A stretch of DNA of 64,000 nt from a virus: the IMG/VR virus record IMGVR_UViG_3300033145_003080, positions 64,001-128,000 of that record; one strand, 5' to 3'. Shown piece by piece: positions 47,686 through 59,087 of this stretch; the first letter of the stretch is position 1, and each line of letters begins with the position of its first letter. The notes below the pieces were generated by a model that was not told where the DNA came from, searched no databases, and was given only the letters and a program-made list of their open reading frames with translations. A program made the translations under genes and the position numbers.

Positions 47686-48042
47686 ATGAACATAATAAAT
47701 AAAAGCATTGATGATTTTATTGATCGAAAAACGTCCAAGATTACTTTGCTGGGCAAAGAACTGAACTGCACTTTCTCAGCGATACCGGCCAAGGATAAGT
47801 TCGACAATGATATTTTCGAAGTGGATAGAGAAATAGTAAAAGCCTACTACCCAGAGTTTAAGACATTTGCTAAACAGGTATTTGGTATTGAAAAAGATAA
47901 TGGGTTTACTGATACGGAGGGCGTATTTCACCCAGGTACTGGTGAGGACATTATTCCTTATGACTCAATGTACCTTGCTGATGAAAGACTTTATACACGA
48001 GACTATATGATCAAAAATATAATGAAACAGAGGGCTGAATAA
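47686..48042 (+). CDS. Hypothetical protein
   Basis: 118 aa; TAATG-coupled to the giant gene. Confidence 0.6.
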   Translation: MNIINKSIDDFIDRKTSKITLLGKELNCTFSAIPAKDKFDNDIFEVDREIVKAYYPEFKTFAKQVFGIEKDNGFTDTEGVFHPGTGEDIIPYDSMYLADERLYTRDYMIKNIMKQRAE

Positions 48043-51000
48043 TGCCTTCAATAAGAAATTGGGATACTGCTAATCTTGTTATGTCAATTGCTCCAAATGC
48101 ATTAAAGCTCGGTGATAACCCCGTACCATTTAATAGTGGTACGTTTCCTGTTTATCAAGGTGGGAGTGCCGGAAGTAAGATAACGGGAATCTTGACAAAT
48201 ATGTTAAGTGGATATGGGTATGCGGATGGAAAGATAAAATTTGATAAAGTTGATGACCGCATTGCAGAAGATAAAAACATACCTATAACAGATGCTAGTA
48301 AATTTACTGTAGAGGTCTGGTTAGATTATATCAGTGGTGGTGGGGCAGGAACATTTTACAGTGAGGGTGATGACGGAAATAATTTTATTGAATTTTTACA
48401 TGGTGTTGGCAATGATAAAATTTGGATAAGATATTGCGTTGGGGGTACAATTAAAGAAGCAATTAGTACACAACGAATAAATGTACCAGGTTTATGGCAC
48501 ATAGCTGCCCGCAAGGACGGTGCAACACTACAACTTTTTATTAATGGCGTTGAGGTTTCTGGGTATGATGCTCAAGATACCTATAATTTAGGGAGTAAAA
48601 CTTTTTTAGGTGGTGCAAATATCGGAAGTGCCAAAAGGGGAGCGGTGGCACAAAATTTTTATGGTGGTGGGATGTACCAAGTAAATATATACGACGACGC
48701 TATTTCAGATGCTCGTATCTTAGCTAACTACAATGCAGGTAAGTGGAATGATGGAATACGTGGTGTTGACAATGAAGACGATACAATAACTCTCACAGAC
48801 CCAGCTAATTTAGTTCCACCGCCAGCTAGTGTAACTAAATTTAGTGATTCAAAATATGCAAAACTTCTTGGTGTCAGAGAACAAATGGTGGCAAATAATG
48901 ATACATTTATACCACTTTACATAAACGAACACCATATAAACGATGATAGTGGTTTCTTTACAAATGTAAAAAATGCCAATGGTTCTGATATAATACCAAC
49001 TACTATTGAAGGTATCGAAATACCAATGGAGCTTATATCGTTTAATAAAGCTGGTGAAACTATAACTGCCGTAATTCAAGTTCCCTCTGTTTTGGCATCA
49101 AGTAATTTTGTAATAGCTTTACAATATGGTGGTGACACCGCGGCAAGAACCAAAGCATCTACTTTAGTATGGTCTGATTGTTATGGTGGAAGTATTGATT
49201 ATGCCTTAGTTGCTCATGGAGAAGAAACAGAGGCCGACTTAACAGATGCGAGTGGGAATTATACTGCCACTGATGCGGACATTACTTATGCTCAAAACGG
49301 AAAAATTTTAAAGGCGCCAAAAGGAAATGGTACTAATTCTATTTCGGATTGGGGAAATGTCACAGAACTTAATTCTGTTACGAAATTTACAACAATGTTA
49401 TGGGCTACGTATGAAATAGTGAACGAGCATGTCGATTTATGGGCAAAATATATCAATGGTTCTAATCAATTACGCTTTTTTTCATTTACTGATGGAAAAA
49501 CTTACTTTGTTATAAAAAATGCAGGTACTTCCAGTTCGTATTATACAACATCATTAAATACAACCTTAAAAAATGTTGTGTGTGTATATGATGGAGACGG
49601 TGTATCGGATGCTGATAAAACCAAGGTGTATACAAACGGTCTGGCGGAAACACTGACGTTTACCGGAGAAGCACAGCCAGCATCTACACCAGATTTATCA
49701 GCGACGACTTTTGCGTTGATGAACATTCCAGTTGGCTTTCCACCCGAGCCCCTAACAGCAGCCCCTGAAGGGATTTTAGATGAGTTTCGTTTGATAGCAG
49801 GAGCTCTTTCAGCTAACCAGATTTCTTTACATTATGATAATGAATCTACTTATGAAGTAAATGGGCTTTGGGACTTTGGTCCAAAAAAGGATTTATTTGA
49901 TCAGTTTATAGAGTTAAAAGCCTCAACAATCACGTTTTCAGTTGGCACAGCTGCTGCGAGCGCCGATGAATATGTGACCAAAACTATATCGGGCGCAATG
50001 CCAACGGCTGTTATCCAAAATGGCGTGCTTACCTTTTCTGTTCCACAGATAAATCCATATATTGGCGTAGGCGATAAGGTTGAGTTAGATGATGGATCCC
50101 CGTTCTATATATATCTTAATGAAAAAATAGACACCAGACAGTGGAAGGTGCATGATGCTTTTGGGGATTTTCCGGACGATAAAACGACACCTCTGCCGGT
50201 AACTACTATTGACAAAACATTCAACGATGTTCGTGCAGCAATTAATGGTGATACGTCTGGTGCTTATGCTCTTATGGGTAATCAACACGATTTGATTTCT
50301 AAAAGAGCGATGCTTCGAATAGCATGTTATGAGATGTATGATGATATGGGTGCGAATACACTTTCTATTTCAAATTTATGGGTTGTTGACGACAAATACA
50401 GAGTGAAAATATATACACCACGAAATATTTCCATTGAATGCAATAAAAGTCAAAAACACATTAGGGGGAGGGCCGACCTTGGGGGTTATCGAGTAGCATC
50501 ATCTTCAAATGTTATTAATATGGCTGGCAGCAGGGTAATTATTGACGGGTTGGGCGTTGGGGATAATGGTTATAGCCCCGGATATGCAATCAGGATTGAC
50601 AGTAACAACGAGCGGTGTCAGGTGATTAATAATGTGGTGTTTAAATCTACTAATGGTATCGAGGTCATTGCCACAGCTCCGGAAGAATATACAATCGCCA
50701 ACAATATCGTAAGAGACTGTAGCAAAGGAATTATCCTTAACCCATCGTCAACAATAGGTGGCGCCTGTTTTGATAATGATGTCGTAAATTGCTCGATTGC
50801 CGGTATCGAATATAGCGGAAACAACCTTACTGAGATAGCCAATAATATTGTTCAGGATTGTGGAACTGATATTGAAGATAATAGCGTAGGGCTTTCTAAT
50901 GTGAGTAACTGTATTACGAGTGACGCTTCATGTGCTGGTGGGGTTAATTGCCACCCAAGCACTTCCCTTAAATTTGAAGATAAGGTGAATTATGATTACC

Positions 51001-54000
51001 GCCCTCATATAAGCGACACAGTAGCCTACACTGGTGGTGCTGGTCTTGATTTATCAACAAATTCAAAATACGGGTTTGTCAAAGACATTGATGGCGAAGA
51101 GATTGATAGTACCTGGTGCATTGGCGCTTTTCATAAAACGCCAGAAGTAACATTCAGTGTTGGTCCAGACACTGACATAAAAGTAGCAGCTAATTACTCA
51201 ATTGCTGACGCAATTATGACATTCAGCGCCGCGCAGACGCATGAACTATTAAGTGCAGGATGTGTAGTTACCGATGCTGGTACCAGTCATCTTCTTAAGC
51301 GGAAGATATCTAATACCAAATGGGAAGTAACTGATTTTGACGGAACTCCGGCTTCTGATGCTGCAGGTCCAGTTACTATAATAACCATAAAACACCATAC
51401 AACAAATCTGTATGATCTGATAACTGATTCTGCAGAAGTAACTCACATCTTTAATCGATTAGGGTCAATTAATTTAGCAGCAACTGATATAAACGTTAAA
51501 GTGGCCTGTGTGGCCGGCGTTTCATCCAGGACATCTAAAGTTGATGATTATACTTGTGATAGGCATAGGCATGTTGATATATTTGCTCCAGACCTTTCAA
51601 ACGCCGATTATCTCGAGTCAAATCAGAATCGAAAACACAATGGCAAATGGGGAGAGCTTTCTTATATTTCGAGCACAACAGATTTCCCTGCAAACCAACC
51701 TCATGAAATATACGGTGACCGGGGTGGCTACGGTATAATTTTTAATAGCGGGGCTGACTTCTGCACTGTCAAAGGGGTTCAACTCTCTTCTTCTATTGAT
51801 GGCGTTTTGATCGACGGTGCTAAAAACATTATTGTTGAAGACAACATTGTAAAGGATTGTAAAGGTAATGGAATTACGGTAACCGGTAAGGAAAAGTCGA
51901 ATGAAAACCTGATAGCAAAAAATATTATTTACCAGTGTGGTGGAAGTGGAATAGAAATTCAACATGGTGCAGCATTCGAAACTTATTATGAAGCAAAATT
52001 TGGAACTCCTGCTGATAATGGTTTTATCATAACATCAATATTCGGACATTCTCATATTTTTAAAAAATATACTGTTACTGTAACTTTCGGCGTTGAAAAT
52101 GAAATAGATTGGTATCCCGGGCGAATTGTTATTACTGTTGATCCTGGTTCAACTTTTGATGATATCCTGACAAGTGGAAATATATTTGGTACACCATGGG
52201 CCACATTGGCAGCTGATGGAACAAATCCGGTAAATTCATTATCAGAAACACGAATGGAAGACGCCGTAACCTTGCTTGAGTATCATGAAGACGGTTTAGG
52301 TATTAGCCATTATATTTATAATAATACAATATCAAAATGTCAACGCGGCATTTATATAGAAACGCTGGCTACCCAGGACTGGATGACAAATGTTGCGGTT
52401 CTTAGGAATAATGCCATTTCTGAATGTGATTTTCAGAATTATTATTCTACTCATGTGTTTCCCATTACAATACTTGCCGAAAACAATTGGTCTGATGACC
52501 AATCAATATATAACTTTTATGGATCAGGTAATAGTGATACTCTTATTTCTATATTTGTTAATCCTTTTGCAGAAGATTATCGTATATCATTATATGATTT
52601 AGAGAGAATGGAAGGTATAAATCTTGTTGCCGATGAAAATTTTCAGATAGAGCATGATAATGTTGGGATTAAATATGCAACATATCCTCGATGGGCTATT
52701 GGTGCAAATACATGGAAATTTCGGAAGAAATCTATTCATTGTTCAGTTGGGGCTGAAGGTGGAAATCTTGATGAGTTTCCAAGTGGTCGAGAAATAACTA
52801 TTGAAAATGGGATAGCTCAATTTAATGAGAACAATGATATAGGTGCTGACATTGGTATTGGTGACAGAATTCAATATGATGATGGAGGTCCTGAATATTG
52901 CTATCTTGCTGAGAAAGGTGCTCAGCACAGGTGGTGTGTGGTTGATGGGAGTGGAAATCAGATAATAAGCCTTGCCACCAAAGATGTAACAGATTTTACT
53001 CGAGTGTCAAATAGTCTTGAAGACGCCTTTAATACAGACATTACTGCCGAGTTCCCTGATATAAATAACAAAGATATTGTTTCTGATGCTGTTGATTTAT
53101 GTGTATGGTGTTGCGATGATAATGATACCATAGATGATGTCGATGAGGTTGTAATAAACGATTGGGACACAAGTCCATTTTACAGAATATATGTACAAAC
53201 GCCTTGGGATATTCGAACTCAATGCATGTCGCAGCAGAGAAATACTGGTGTGTGGGATGGGTATCGTATTAGATCGACACAGGCTCCAAATGGCTTTTCG
53301 GGGATAGTCATCAATATTGTTAATACAAATCATGTTGTAATCGAAGGTCTTTCTGTAGAGCCACACAATACGTTAGGAGTCGGCATAGGTACCAACTCCA
53401 ATAGAGATGGTATCATAATTAGTAAGAATGTGATCAAAAATGGTAACATCGGTATCGAAATTTTAGGAACTGAGGGACGCGGAAACCGGGTATATGGTAA
53501 TATTCTTTATGATCAAATACAGACTAATATCTCAACTGATGGTGGTAGTGTAATTAACAATACTGCTGTTGGCACATCTGTTAATGGTATTTTGGTGGAG
53601 AACGCTTTAGATGAAAGTGTAAACAATATTTGTCAAGACCAAACAGCGATATGTTTTGGTGGATTTGGAAAAATACGCGCTTGTGTAAGTAGTGATGGTT
53701 CTGCTGGAAGTGATGATGGCTGTATATCAAATGCAACATTAAATTTTGTTGACAAACCAGGTAAAGATTTTCATCTTCATAGAGGTGATTGGCATGCGCT
53801 TAATCGTGGTACAAAAAGAGGTTTTCTTTTCCAATTCAAACTTGACACAAGTGCATATACTGACTATTCATTTTACCGTGATATTGATAATGAGTCAATG
53901 AATAATGATGAGTGGTCTATCGGAGCGGACTCAATGATAGACCTTGAAACTATTGACTTATATTTTTCAGCCTCTCGAGACACAACTGATTTTAAACAAG

Positions 54001-57000
54001 GCGCCAGCCCATATCTTGAAATACTAAATGGCATAATGACATTTTCAGAATCTCAAGATCACCAAAAAATTGGCATTGGGGATAAAGTTGATTATGATAT
54101 TGGCAATAAAATTTGTTATTTATATCAGAAGATTTCAGATACAATGTGGGAAGTGCGTGATAAATTTGGAATTGCCCCGCTTAATACAAGTGGTCCTGTT
54201 GATTTGAATGCAATCAATAAGGCGTTCACAGTTTCTACTCATTATATTTTTGATGAAACTGATTCAGAAAGCATTCAGCAGTTTCTTGGTGACAGCAACA
54301 ATCCATTTCTCCATTTAAGATCAGCGCGATATAGGCTGCACCTTTCAATGTATAAGCATAATGTAGACCAGGAATATACCACATTAAGATATTTCGATAC
54401 TAATGAAAGCAATTATTTAAGATTATTTGCTCCAAAAGATATTAGAAATCAATGTAATGTTTCTCAGGCTCATAATGGCAGCACATATTCAGGGGCTCAA
54501 AGAATTAATATACAGGCGGATACCCATCACGCCCTCAGCATTTATGTACCTCATGTTTGGATTGATGGTATTCTTGTCAGTGGAGACAATGCTAATGACA
54601 CAGACTCGATAAGGTTGTATAATTCAAGAAATTGCAAAATAGTTAATAACATGTTAATGAGTGGTCCTAATGGTATCAAGCCGATTGATATGGGACATGA
54701 TGATTTTACCGGTGATCATTTTGAAGGTTCAATCAGAACTGATATATGGCATACGAATTTTTATAGCAATTGGGAATTAAGAAATGTTCCCGGTATTGGA
54801 TATGTAGCAATACCTGAATGGGCTCAGATTAGTGTTAAAGATAATTTAACAGATCCTGGGACTTTAAAGGTAGGTGATTTTGATTATGAACTCGGAATGG
54901 TATTGGGTTCTGATGATTCTGTTGGTCAAAAACTTCGTTTTATTTTAGAAGACGGTGGTGGAATAAAAGCAGAATGTAATTGGGAAAATGGAGTTCTCAG
55001 CTTTGGTGGATCAACGCTCAATTTCCCATGGAAATTCAATCGTGAATATAAAATGCGCCTTGTCCGAGGTGGCACGATAACTTCTGATGGTTTATACGAG
55101 GATGATGCTGGCGAAGACAGCACTACTTCTCTTTATTATCTTGATAATTTTAACGAAGGGGATGGCGAAGGCACCGAGAAATGGATTAAACATCCTGGAA
55201 CATACACCTCATGGTCAGGAAGCCATTGGATTGAAGTAGAAGGACCGAAGGCTCATGGGTTCAGCTATATTGATCTTTGGGTTGCATCTGAACCTCTTCC
55301 TGGTGGTACAAAGCTTGTTGGGAGAAACGCAAATAATATAATTGTTAACAATGTTGCTTTCGATAAAGAAGAGAATGGAATTATAACATCAAATACAGAT
55401 ATTCTTTATAATAATACTGTTGATGACTGTGTTGAGTATTGTTATCATAATGAAACAACTGATGTGTTAATTAATAATATTGGGCAAAGGGGTGGAACTA
55501 ATGATTTTTATAATGGTGATACTGCTGAATTCTGTATTGCAAGCGACACATCTCTTGTGGTTACTGGCGAAAATAGAAATATAAATAGTCTCATACTCAC
55601 ATTTGTTGATAAGATCAGCACGCCGGAAGAGCGCGATTATCATTTAGAACTTACTTCCGATGATAGTGCAATATGGTCTGCAAAAATGCTGACTGGAAAT
55701 CCTGATTATCCGTTTGATTTTGATGGTGGTGGCGTTCCACGTCTTAGAAAATGGGATCGTGGTGCATTGGAATACCAAACCAAAAGGGTTGTTTATGCTA
55801 TTGGCGATAACGGCATAGACCATCAGACAAAACCGTCAATCGGAAGTGTAACATATGTAATCGAAGAAAATGCTGGAAAAAGTTATATAACTTTTTCTAC
55901 ACCCCAAACCAATCAAAGCATGGGTATCGGCAGTCAAGTAGTAGATATTGGAAGTCCATTTTCAAATGGGTGTCTTATTATAGAGAAAATAGATGAGTCG
56001 AAATGGTTAGTTGCTGATTATATTGGTGACAACGTTTCAGATAAATCCGGTTCTGTTTATAGTATTTATAGAGTTTTTAATACATTGTGGAGCGCTTTAG
56101 ACACTTCTGGATTTATTAGTTCTATTTATTTAAATTCTTCTTCTTTTCAGGCTGTTGGGGTTCGTGTTGAATTAATTTGTTATAATGAGGGTCGTGGCAG
56201 GTCGGTTGAACAAGCGTTGAATGTGGACTATATTGGGTGTGATAAACATCATAATTTAAGAATCAAAACTCCTTCTGATACAATTACCGAATGCAATTCT
56301 TCACAAAGACATGATGGGTTGTATGATGAGGGTTATAAATTTGAGCCGGAAATATTTGAAGATAGCATTGCTTCGATGTATTTCTTTCAGACTACATATA
56401 TTGAAATAGAAGGCATTCTTCTTAATGCCGATGAGCAGTTTAAAGATGGTATCAATTTATTTGATTGTCGTGATGCATACGTCGGATACAATGTGGTAAA
56501 GGATTGTGGTGGGAATGGAATTGTACTCCAACCATCTGTTAATCCGGAAGATGTTGTATTCAACAATCTCGTATATGATTGTGTTCGTGATGGTATTGTT
56601 GTAATAGCTGAATATAGTGCATTCTTTTCGATACTAATCAGAATAAATAATAATACGGTTGTGAATTGCAGAAGAGCTTTTTATCTTGAAAAATTTGATG
56701 AAGAGTATGGTGCGGGGTTGTCAATTGAATTAAGAAACAATATTGCTCAAGATTCGAAGTATCAAGATTATGTATCAACTTATGAAAATCATTTTGGAAG
56801 ATTCGCGTTATATAATTGTATAAGCAGCGATTTATCATCATGGCTATTCCCCGGGACTGGGAATATAAAAAATCAATATGTAAGATTTATTGGTAGACCA
56901 AATAATTTTAATTTACACAAAGTTAGTGATGGCTTCGCTGTAGATAATGCACTTGATTTAAGTACTGATTGGCTCCTTCCCTTCTTCGATGACATTGGTG

Positions 57001-57632
57001 GCAGGGAAAGAGATCCGAATGAATATGACATTGGTGCTTTTGAAATGGTTGATATAATAGGTTCTGGTGATTTAATTACTGGACCTGTAGCAATTGATGG
57101 GGCTGGGTCAGAATCGATGGAATTCCCGATAATGACATTATATCTTCGTGAGACGGAAGGCGACTACCTTCCTCATGTTGATCCGAGATGGCAATTCACA
57201 GATATAGAAGGTGCTGATCCAGATTATGATATAAATGCATTCCTTGCTTTACAGTCAACTGCAGACAATGTTATTATTTATGTACAGGGTGGAAAGGTGT
57301 TTCAGGGAACTTTTGAACTTCAAGACAGAAACCCGCGAGAAGTTCTTATTAAGACTTATCCGCTTGAAGCGTATCTTGGTCCTGCTTCTCATATATATGT
57401 CGGTCCTATTGTTGATGATGCCAGTGATCAGAAATTTTTGACATACGATGGCATGAAAGTATATAGTGATGATGCTGCCGCACAAGATTATCTTATTAAT
57501 AATACCGCGGCAACTAAAGCACTTAAATTTATAAATTCCATTGTACAGGTAAATATGGACAGTGTAATTGATAATGTTACCGACGCAACAGTTGGTGTTA
57601 CTCATTCGATAATCATATATAGAAACGGATAA
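48042..57632 (+). CDS. Giant 3196-aa virion protein: LamG / DUF2341-like / LamG plus five right-handed beta-helix modules
   Basis: FTVEVW..WHIAA..LFING and GILDEFR LamG motifs; PbH1-like NN-GI repeats; recurrent FSVG...TFS..Q...IGIGD...EKI...W.V.D and W.IGA motifs. Confidence 0.8.
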   Translation: MPSIRNWDTANLVMSIAPNALKLGDNPVPFNSGTFPVYQGGSAGSKITGILTNMLSGYGYADGKIKFDKVDDRIAEDKNIPITDASKFTVEVWLDYISGGGAGTFYSEGDDGNNFIEFLHGVGNDKIWIRYCVGGTIKEAISTQRINVPGLWHIAARKDGATLQLFINGVEVSGYDAQDTYNLGSKTFLGGANIGSAKRGAVAQNFYGGGMYQVNIYDDAISDARILANYNAGKWNDGIRGVDNEDDTITLTDPANLVPPPASVTKFSDSKYAKLLGVREQMVANNDTFIPLYINEHHINDDSGFFTNVKNANGSDIIPTTIEGIEIPMELISFNKAGETITAVIQVPSVLASSNFVIALQYGGDTAARTKASTLVWSDCYGGSIDYALVAHGEETEADLTDASGNYTATDADITYAQNGKILKAPKGNGTNSISDWGNVTELNSVTKFTTMLWATYEIVNEHVDLWAKYINGSNQLRFFSFTDGKTYFVIKNAGTSSSYYTTSLNTTLKNVVCVYDGDGVSDADKTKVYTNGLAETLTFTGEAQPASTPDLSATTFALMNIPVGFPPEPLTAAPEGILDEFRLIAGALSANQISLHYDNESTYEVNGLWDFGPKKDLFDQFIELKASTITFSVGTAAASADEYVTKTISGAMPTAVIQNGVLTFSVPQINPYIGVGDKVELDDGSPFYIYLNEKIDTRQWKVHDAFGDFPDDKTTPLPVTTIDKTFNDVRAAINGDTSGAYALMGNQHDLISKRAMLRIACYEMYDDMGANTLSISNLWVVDDKYRVKIYTPRNISIECNKSQKHIRGRADLGGYRVASSSNVINMAGSRVIIDGLGVGDNGYSPGYAIRIDSNNERCQVINNVVFKSTNGIEVIATAPEEYTIANNIVRDCSKGIILNPSSTIGGACFDNDVVNCSIAGIEYSGNNLTEIANNIVQDCGTDIEDNSVGLSNVSNCITSDASCAGGVNCHPSTSLKFEDKVNYDYRPHISDTVAYTGGAGLDLSTNSKYGFVKDIDGEEIDSTWCIGAFHKTPEVTFSVGPDTDIKVAANYSIADAIMTFSAAQTHELLSAGCVVTDAGTSHLLKRKISNTKWEVTDFDGTPASDAAGPVTIITIKHHTTNLYDLITDSAEVTHIFNRLGSINLAATDINVKVACVAGVSSRTSKVDDYTCDRHRHVDIFAPDLSNADYLESNQNRKHNGKWGELSYISSTTDFPANQPHEIYGDRGGYGIIFNSGADFCTVKGVQLSSSIDGVLIDGAKNIIVEDNIVKDCKGNGITVTGKEKSNENLIAKNIIYQCGGSGIEIQHGAAFETYYEAKFGTPADNGFIITSIFGHSHIFKKYTVTVTFGVENEIDWYPGRIVITVDPGSTFDDILTSGNIFGTPWATLAADGTNPVNSLSETRMEDAVTLLEYHEDGLGISHYIYNNTISKCQRGIYIETLATQDWMTNVAVLRNNAISECDFQNYYSTHVFPITILAENNWSDDQSIYNFYGSGNSDTLISIFVNPFAEDYRISLYDLERMEGINLVADENFQIEHDNVGIKYATYPRWAIGANTWKFRKKSIHCSVGAEGGNLDEFPSGREITIENGIAQFNENNDIGADIGIGDRIQYDDGGPEYCYLAEKGAQHRWCVVDGSGNQIISLATKDVTDFTRVSNSLEDAFNTDITAEFPDINNKDIVSDAVDLCVWCCDDNDTIDDVDEVVINDWDTSPFYRIYVQTPWDIRTQCMSQQRNTGVWDGYRIRSTQAPNGFSGIVINIVNTNHVVIEGLSVEPHNTLGVGIGTNSNRDGIIISKNVIKNGNIGIEILGTEGRGNRVYGNILYDQIQTNISTDGGSVINNTAVGTSVNGILVENALDESVNNICQDQTAICFGGFGKIRACVSSDGSAGSDDGCISNATLNFVDKPGKDFHLHRGDWHALNRGTKRGFLFQFKLDTSAYTDYSFYRDIDNESMNNDEWSIGADSMIDLETIDLYFSASRDTTDFKQGASPYLEILNGIMTFSESQDHQKIGIGDKVDYDIGNKICYLYQKISDTMWEVRDKFGIAPLNTSGPVDLNAINKAFTVSTHYIFDETDSESIQQFLGDSNNPFLHLRSARYRLHLSMYKHNVDQEYTTLRYFDTNESNYLRLFAPKDIRNQCNVSQAHNGSTYSGAQRINIQADTHHALSIYVPHVWIDGILVSGDNANDTDSIRLYNSRNCKIVNNMLMSGPNGIKPIDMGHDDFTGDHFEGSIRTDIWHTNFYSNWELRNVPGIGYVAIPEWAQISVKDNLTDPGTLKVGDFDYELGMVLGSDDSVGQKLRFILEDGGGIKAECNWENGVLSFGGSTLNFPWKFNREYKMRLVRGGTITSDGLYEDDAGEDSTTSLYYLDNFNEGDGEGTEKWIKHPGTYTSWSGSHWIEVEGPKAHGFSYIDLWVASEPLPGGTKLVGRNANNIIVNNVAFDKEENGIITSNTDILYNNTVDDCVEYCYHNETTDVLINNIGQRGGTNDFYNGDTAEFCIASDTSLVVTGENRNINSLILTFVDKISTPEERDYHLELTSDDSAIWSAKMLTGNPDYPFDFDGGGVPRLRKWDRGALEYQTKRVVYAIGDNGIDHQTKPSIGSVTYVIEENAGKSYITFSTPQTNQSMGIGSQVVDIGSPFSNGCLIIEKIDESKWLVADYIGDNVSDKSGSVYSIYRVFNTLWSALDTSGFISSIYLNSSSFQAVGVRVELICYNEGRGRSVEQALNVDYIGCDKHHNLRIKTPSDTITECNSSQRHDGLYDEGYKFEPEIFEDSIASMYFFQTTYIEIEGILLNADEQFKDGINLFDCRDAYVGYNVVKDCGGNGIVLQPSVNPEDVVFNNLVYDCVRDGIVVIAEYSAFFSILIRINNNTVVNCRRAFYLEKFDEEYGAGLSIELRNNIAQDSKYQDYVSTYENHFGRFALYNCISSDLSSWLFPGTGNIKNQYVRFIGRPNNFNLHKVSDGFAVDNALDLSTDWLLPFFDDIGGRERDPNEYDIGAFEMVDIIGSGDLITGPVAIDGAGSESMEFPIMTLYLRETEGDYLPHVDPRWQFTDIEGADPDYDINAFLALQSTADNVIIYVQGGKVFQGTFELQDRNPREVLIKTYPLEAYLGPASHIYVGPIVDDASDQKFLTYDGMKVYSDDAAAQDYLINNTAATKALKFINSIVQVNMDSVIDNVTDATVGVTHSIIIYRNG

Positions 57633-57647
57633 TAAAAGGGGTATATC

Positions 57648-58166
57648 ATGCCACAAAAAATATTTAGAAAATATGGAGTCTCAACAACTATTGATTTTAC
57701 GCTATCGGATCCTACAGGAATAGATATTATTACTACCGCAGTGCATGTTTCTGGTGACACAAATATATCTATAGACGGTGCTGCAGAAAAGGTAACTGTA
57801 AATGGATTTATTAATGTTGACCAAGGGTATAGAATAACTCTTGAGGCATCAGAAATGATTGGAAAAAGTATTAGAGTTCCAACAGTTGATCAAACCGCTT
57901 CTAAAATTTGGAAAGACGAAACGTTAATTATTGAAACATATGGGCACATAGATGCGCAACATCAAATCCCTGACCTTTTAACGTTGATTGATGGTGTGAC
58001 TGTTGAGCATATCAATGAGTTGTTAATGGCAATGGTTAACGGCCAATTTGAAAAAAATGTTCCGGCGGATGGGGATATAACCTTTTTCAAACGTGACAAC
58101 ACAACACCATTAACAGTTATTCATGTTGATGAAGATGATGGTATAAGAACCAGAATTTCTCCGTAA
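57648..58166 (+). CDS. Phage virion-type protein (RKYG...DQT..K.W.D..LIIETYG)
   Basis: 172 aa; lies between two halves of a beta-helix module. Confidence 0.6.
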   Translation: MPQKIFRKYGVSTTIDFTLSDPTGIDIITTAVHVSGDTNISIDGAAEKVTVNGFINVDQGYRITLEASEMIGKSIRVPTVDQTASKIWKDETLIIETYGHIDAQHQIPDLLTLIDGVTVEHINELLMAMVNGQFEKNVPADGDITFFKRDNTTPLTVIHVDEDDGIRTRISP

Positions 58167-58182
58167 CAATAAGAGGTAATTA

Positions 58183-59085
58183 GTGGCTGATTTGCATCTT
58201 GTAAAAAACGGAAACAATGGAAATGCTATCGAGAATTCCATTGTAATTTCCTATGATAGTGGTGATTTAGATTTTGCTACTACTGATACTCCAGTAGGAG
58301 ATATGGTCTATAATCTCATGACTTATAATTATGGTGTTGGCGATTTAAGTATAACAAATCCAGTATCTAATGTTATTGCATCTTTACCAAATACCGATCC
58401 ACTATTTACTGAGGCTGAATTGACCGAACAATTGTTCAATATATCAGAAGTTATGGAAAAAACGTTTCTTCCATTGAAAGAGTCCCCTGTTTTAGATAAG
58501 GGTGACAACCAGTTTGCCACAGATATACCAGTTGATATAGTGGGGAATCGTCGTATCTATATTTCAGGAATTGTTGATATCGGGCCATATGAGCTTGAAG
58601 TTCATCAGCTTCATTTTGCATCAGAGCAGATCAAATCTGTTTTTCAGGATAAGCTTCGTATCGACCATTCAGAACATCGATTTACTCCAGTTTCTACTGA
58701 TGATATTTACGAAGATTTGTGGGATCAGTTTGTGACGAATGTTGAATATAGAGAAGAATTTGTCAGGGAAGCAAAAGTTATTATAAAAATGAAAACCATA
58801 GAATCTGAATTTAAGATATCTACTGATAAAAATGATATTCCACTGGCAGAATATGAAGCTTATTATGATAAAGGAAAAAGATCTATTGTAATATCAAAGA
58901 CCGATGATTTTTATGGCAATATGTTAAATAGTATTTTTGATGACGGAAGGTATGTGTTTTTCTTTAGTGAAATTAATAGCAAACTTTTTGTATATATAAA
59001 TCCAACCTATAATAAAGGCAAATCTGGAAAAGGAAATGTAGTTAACGAGGTTAGGGCCGGCGGTTTATCCATAATGAATAGATAA
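58183..59085 (+). CDS. Protein starting with the C-terminal part of a beta-helix module
   Basis: DPLF...SPVLDKG...DIVGNRR...VDIGPYE. Confidence 0.65.
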   Translation: MADLHLVKNGNNGNAIENSIVISYDSGDLDFATTDTPVGDMVYNLMTYNYGVGDLSITNPVSNVIASLPNTDPLFTEAELTEQLFNISEVMEKTFLPLKESPVLDKGDNQFATDIPVDIVGNRRIYISGIVDIGPYELEVHQLHFASEQIKSVFQDKLRIDHSEHRFTPVSTDDIYEDLWDQFVTNVEYREEFVREAKVIIKMKTIESEFKISTDKNDIPLAEYEAYYDKGKRSIVISKTDDFYGNMLNSIFDDGRYVFFFSEINSKLFVYINPTYNKGKSGKGNVVNEVRAGGLSIMNR

Positions 59086-59087
59086 TT

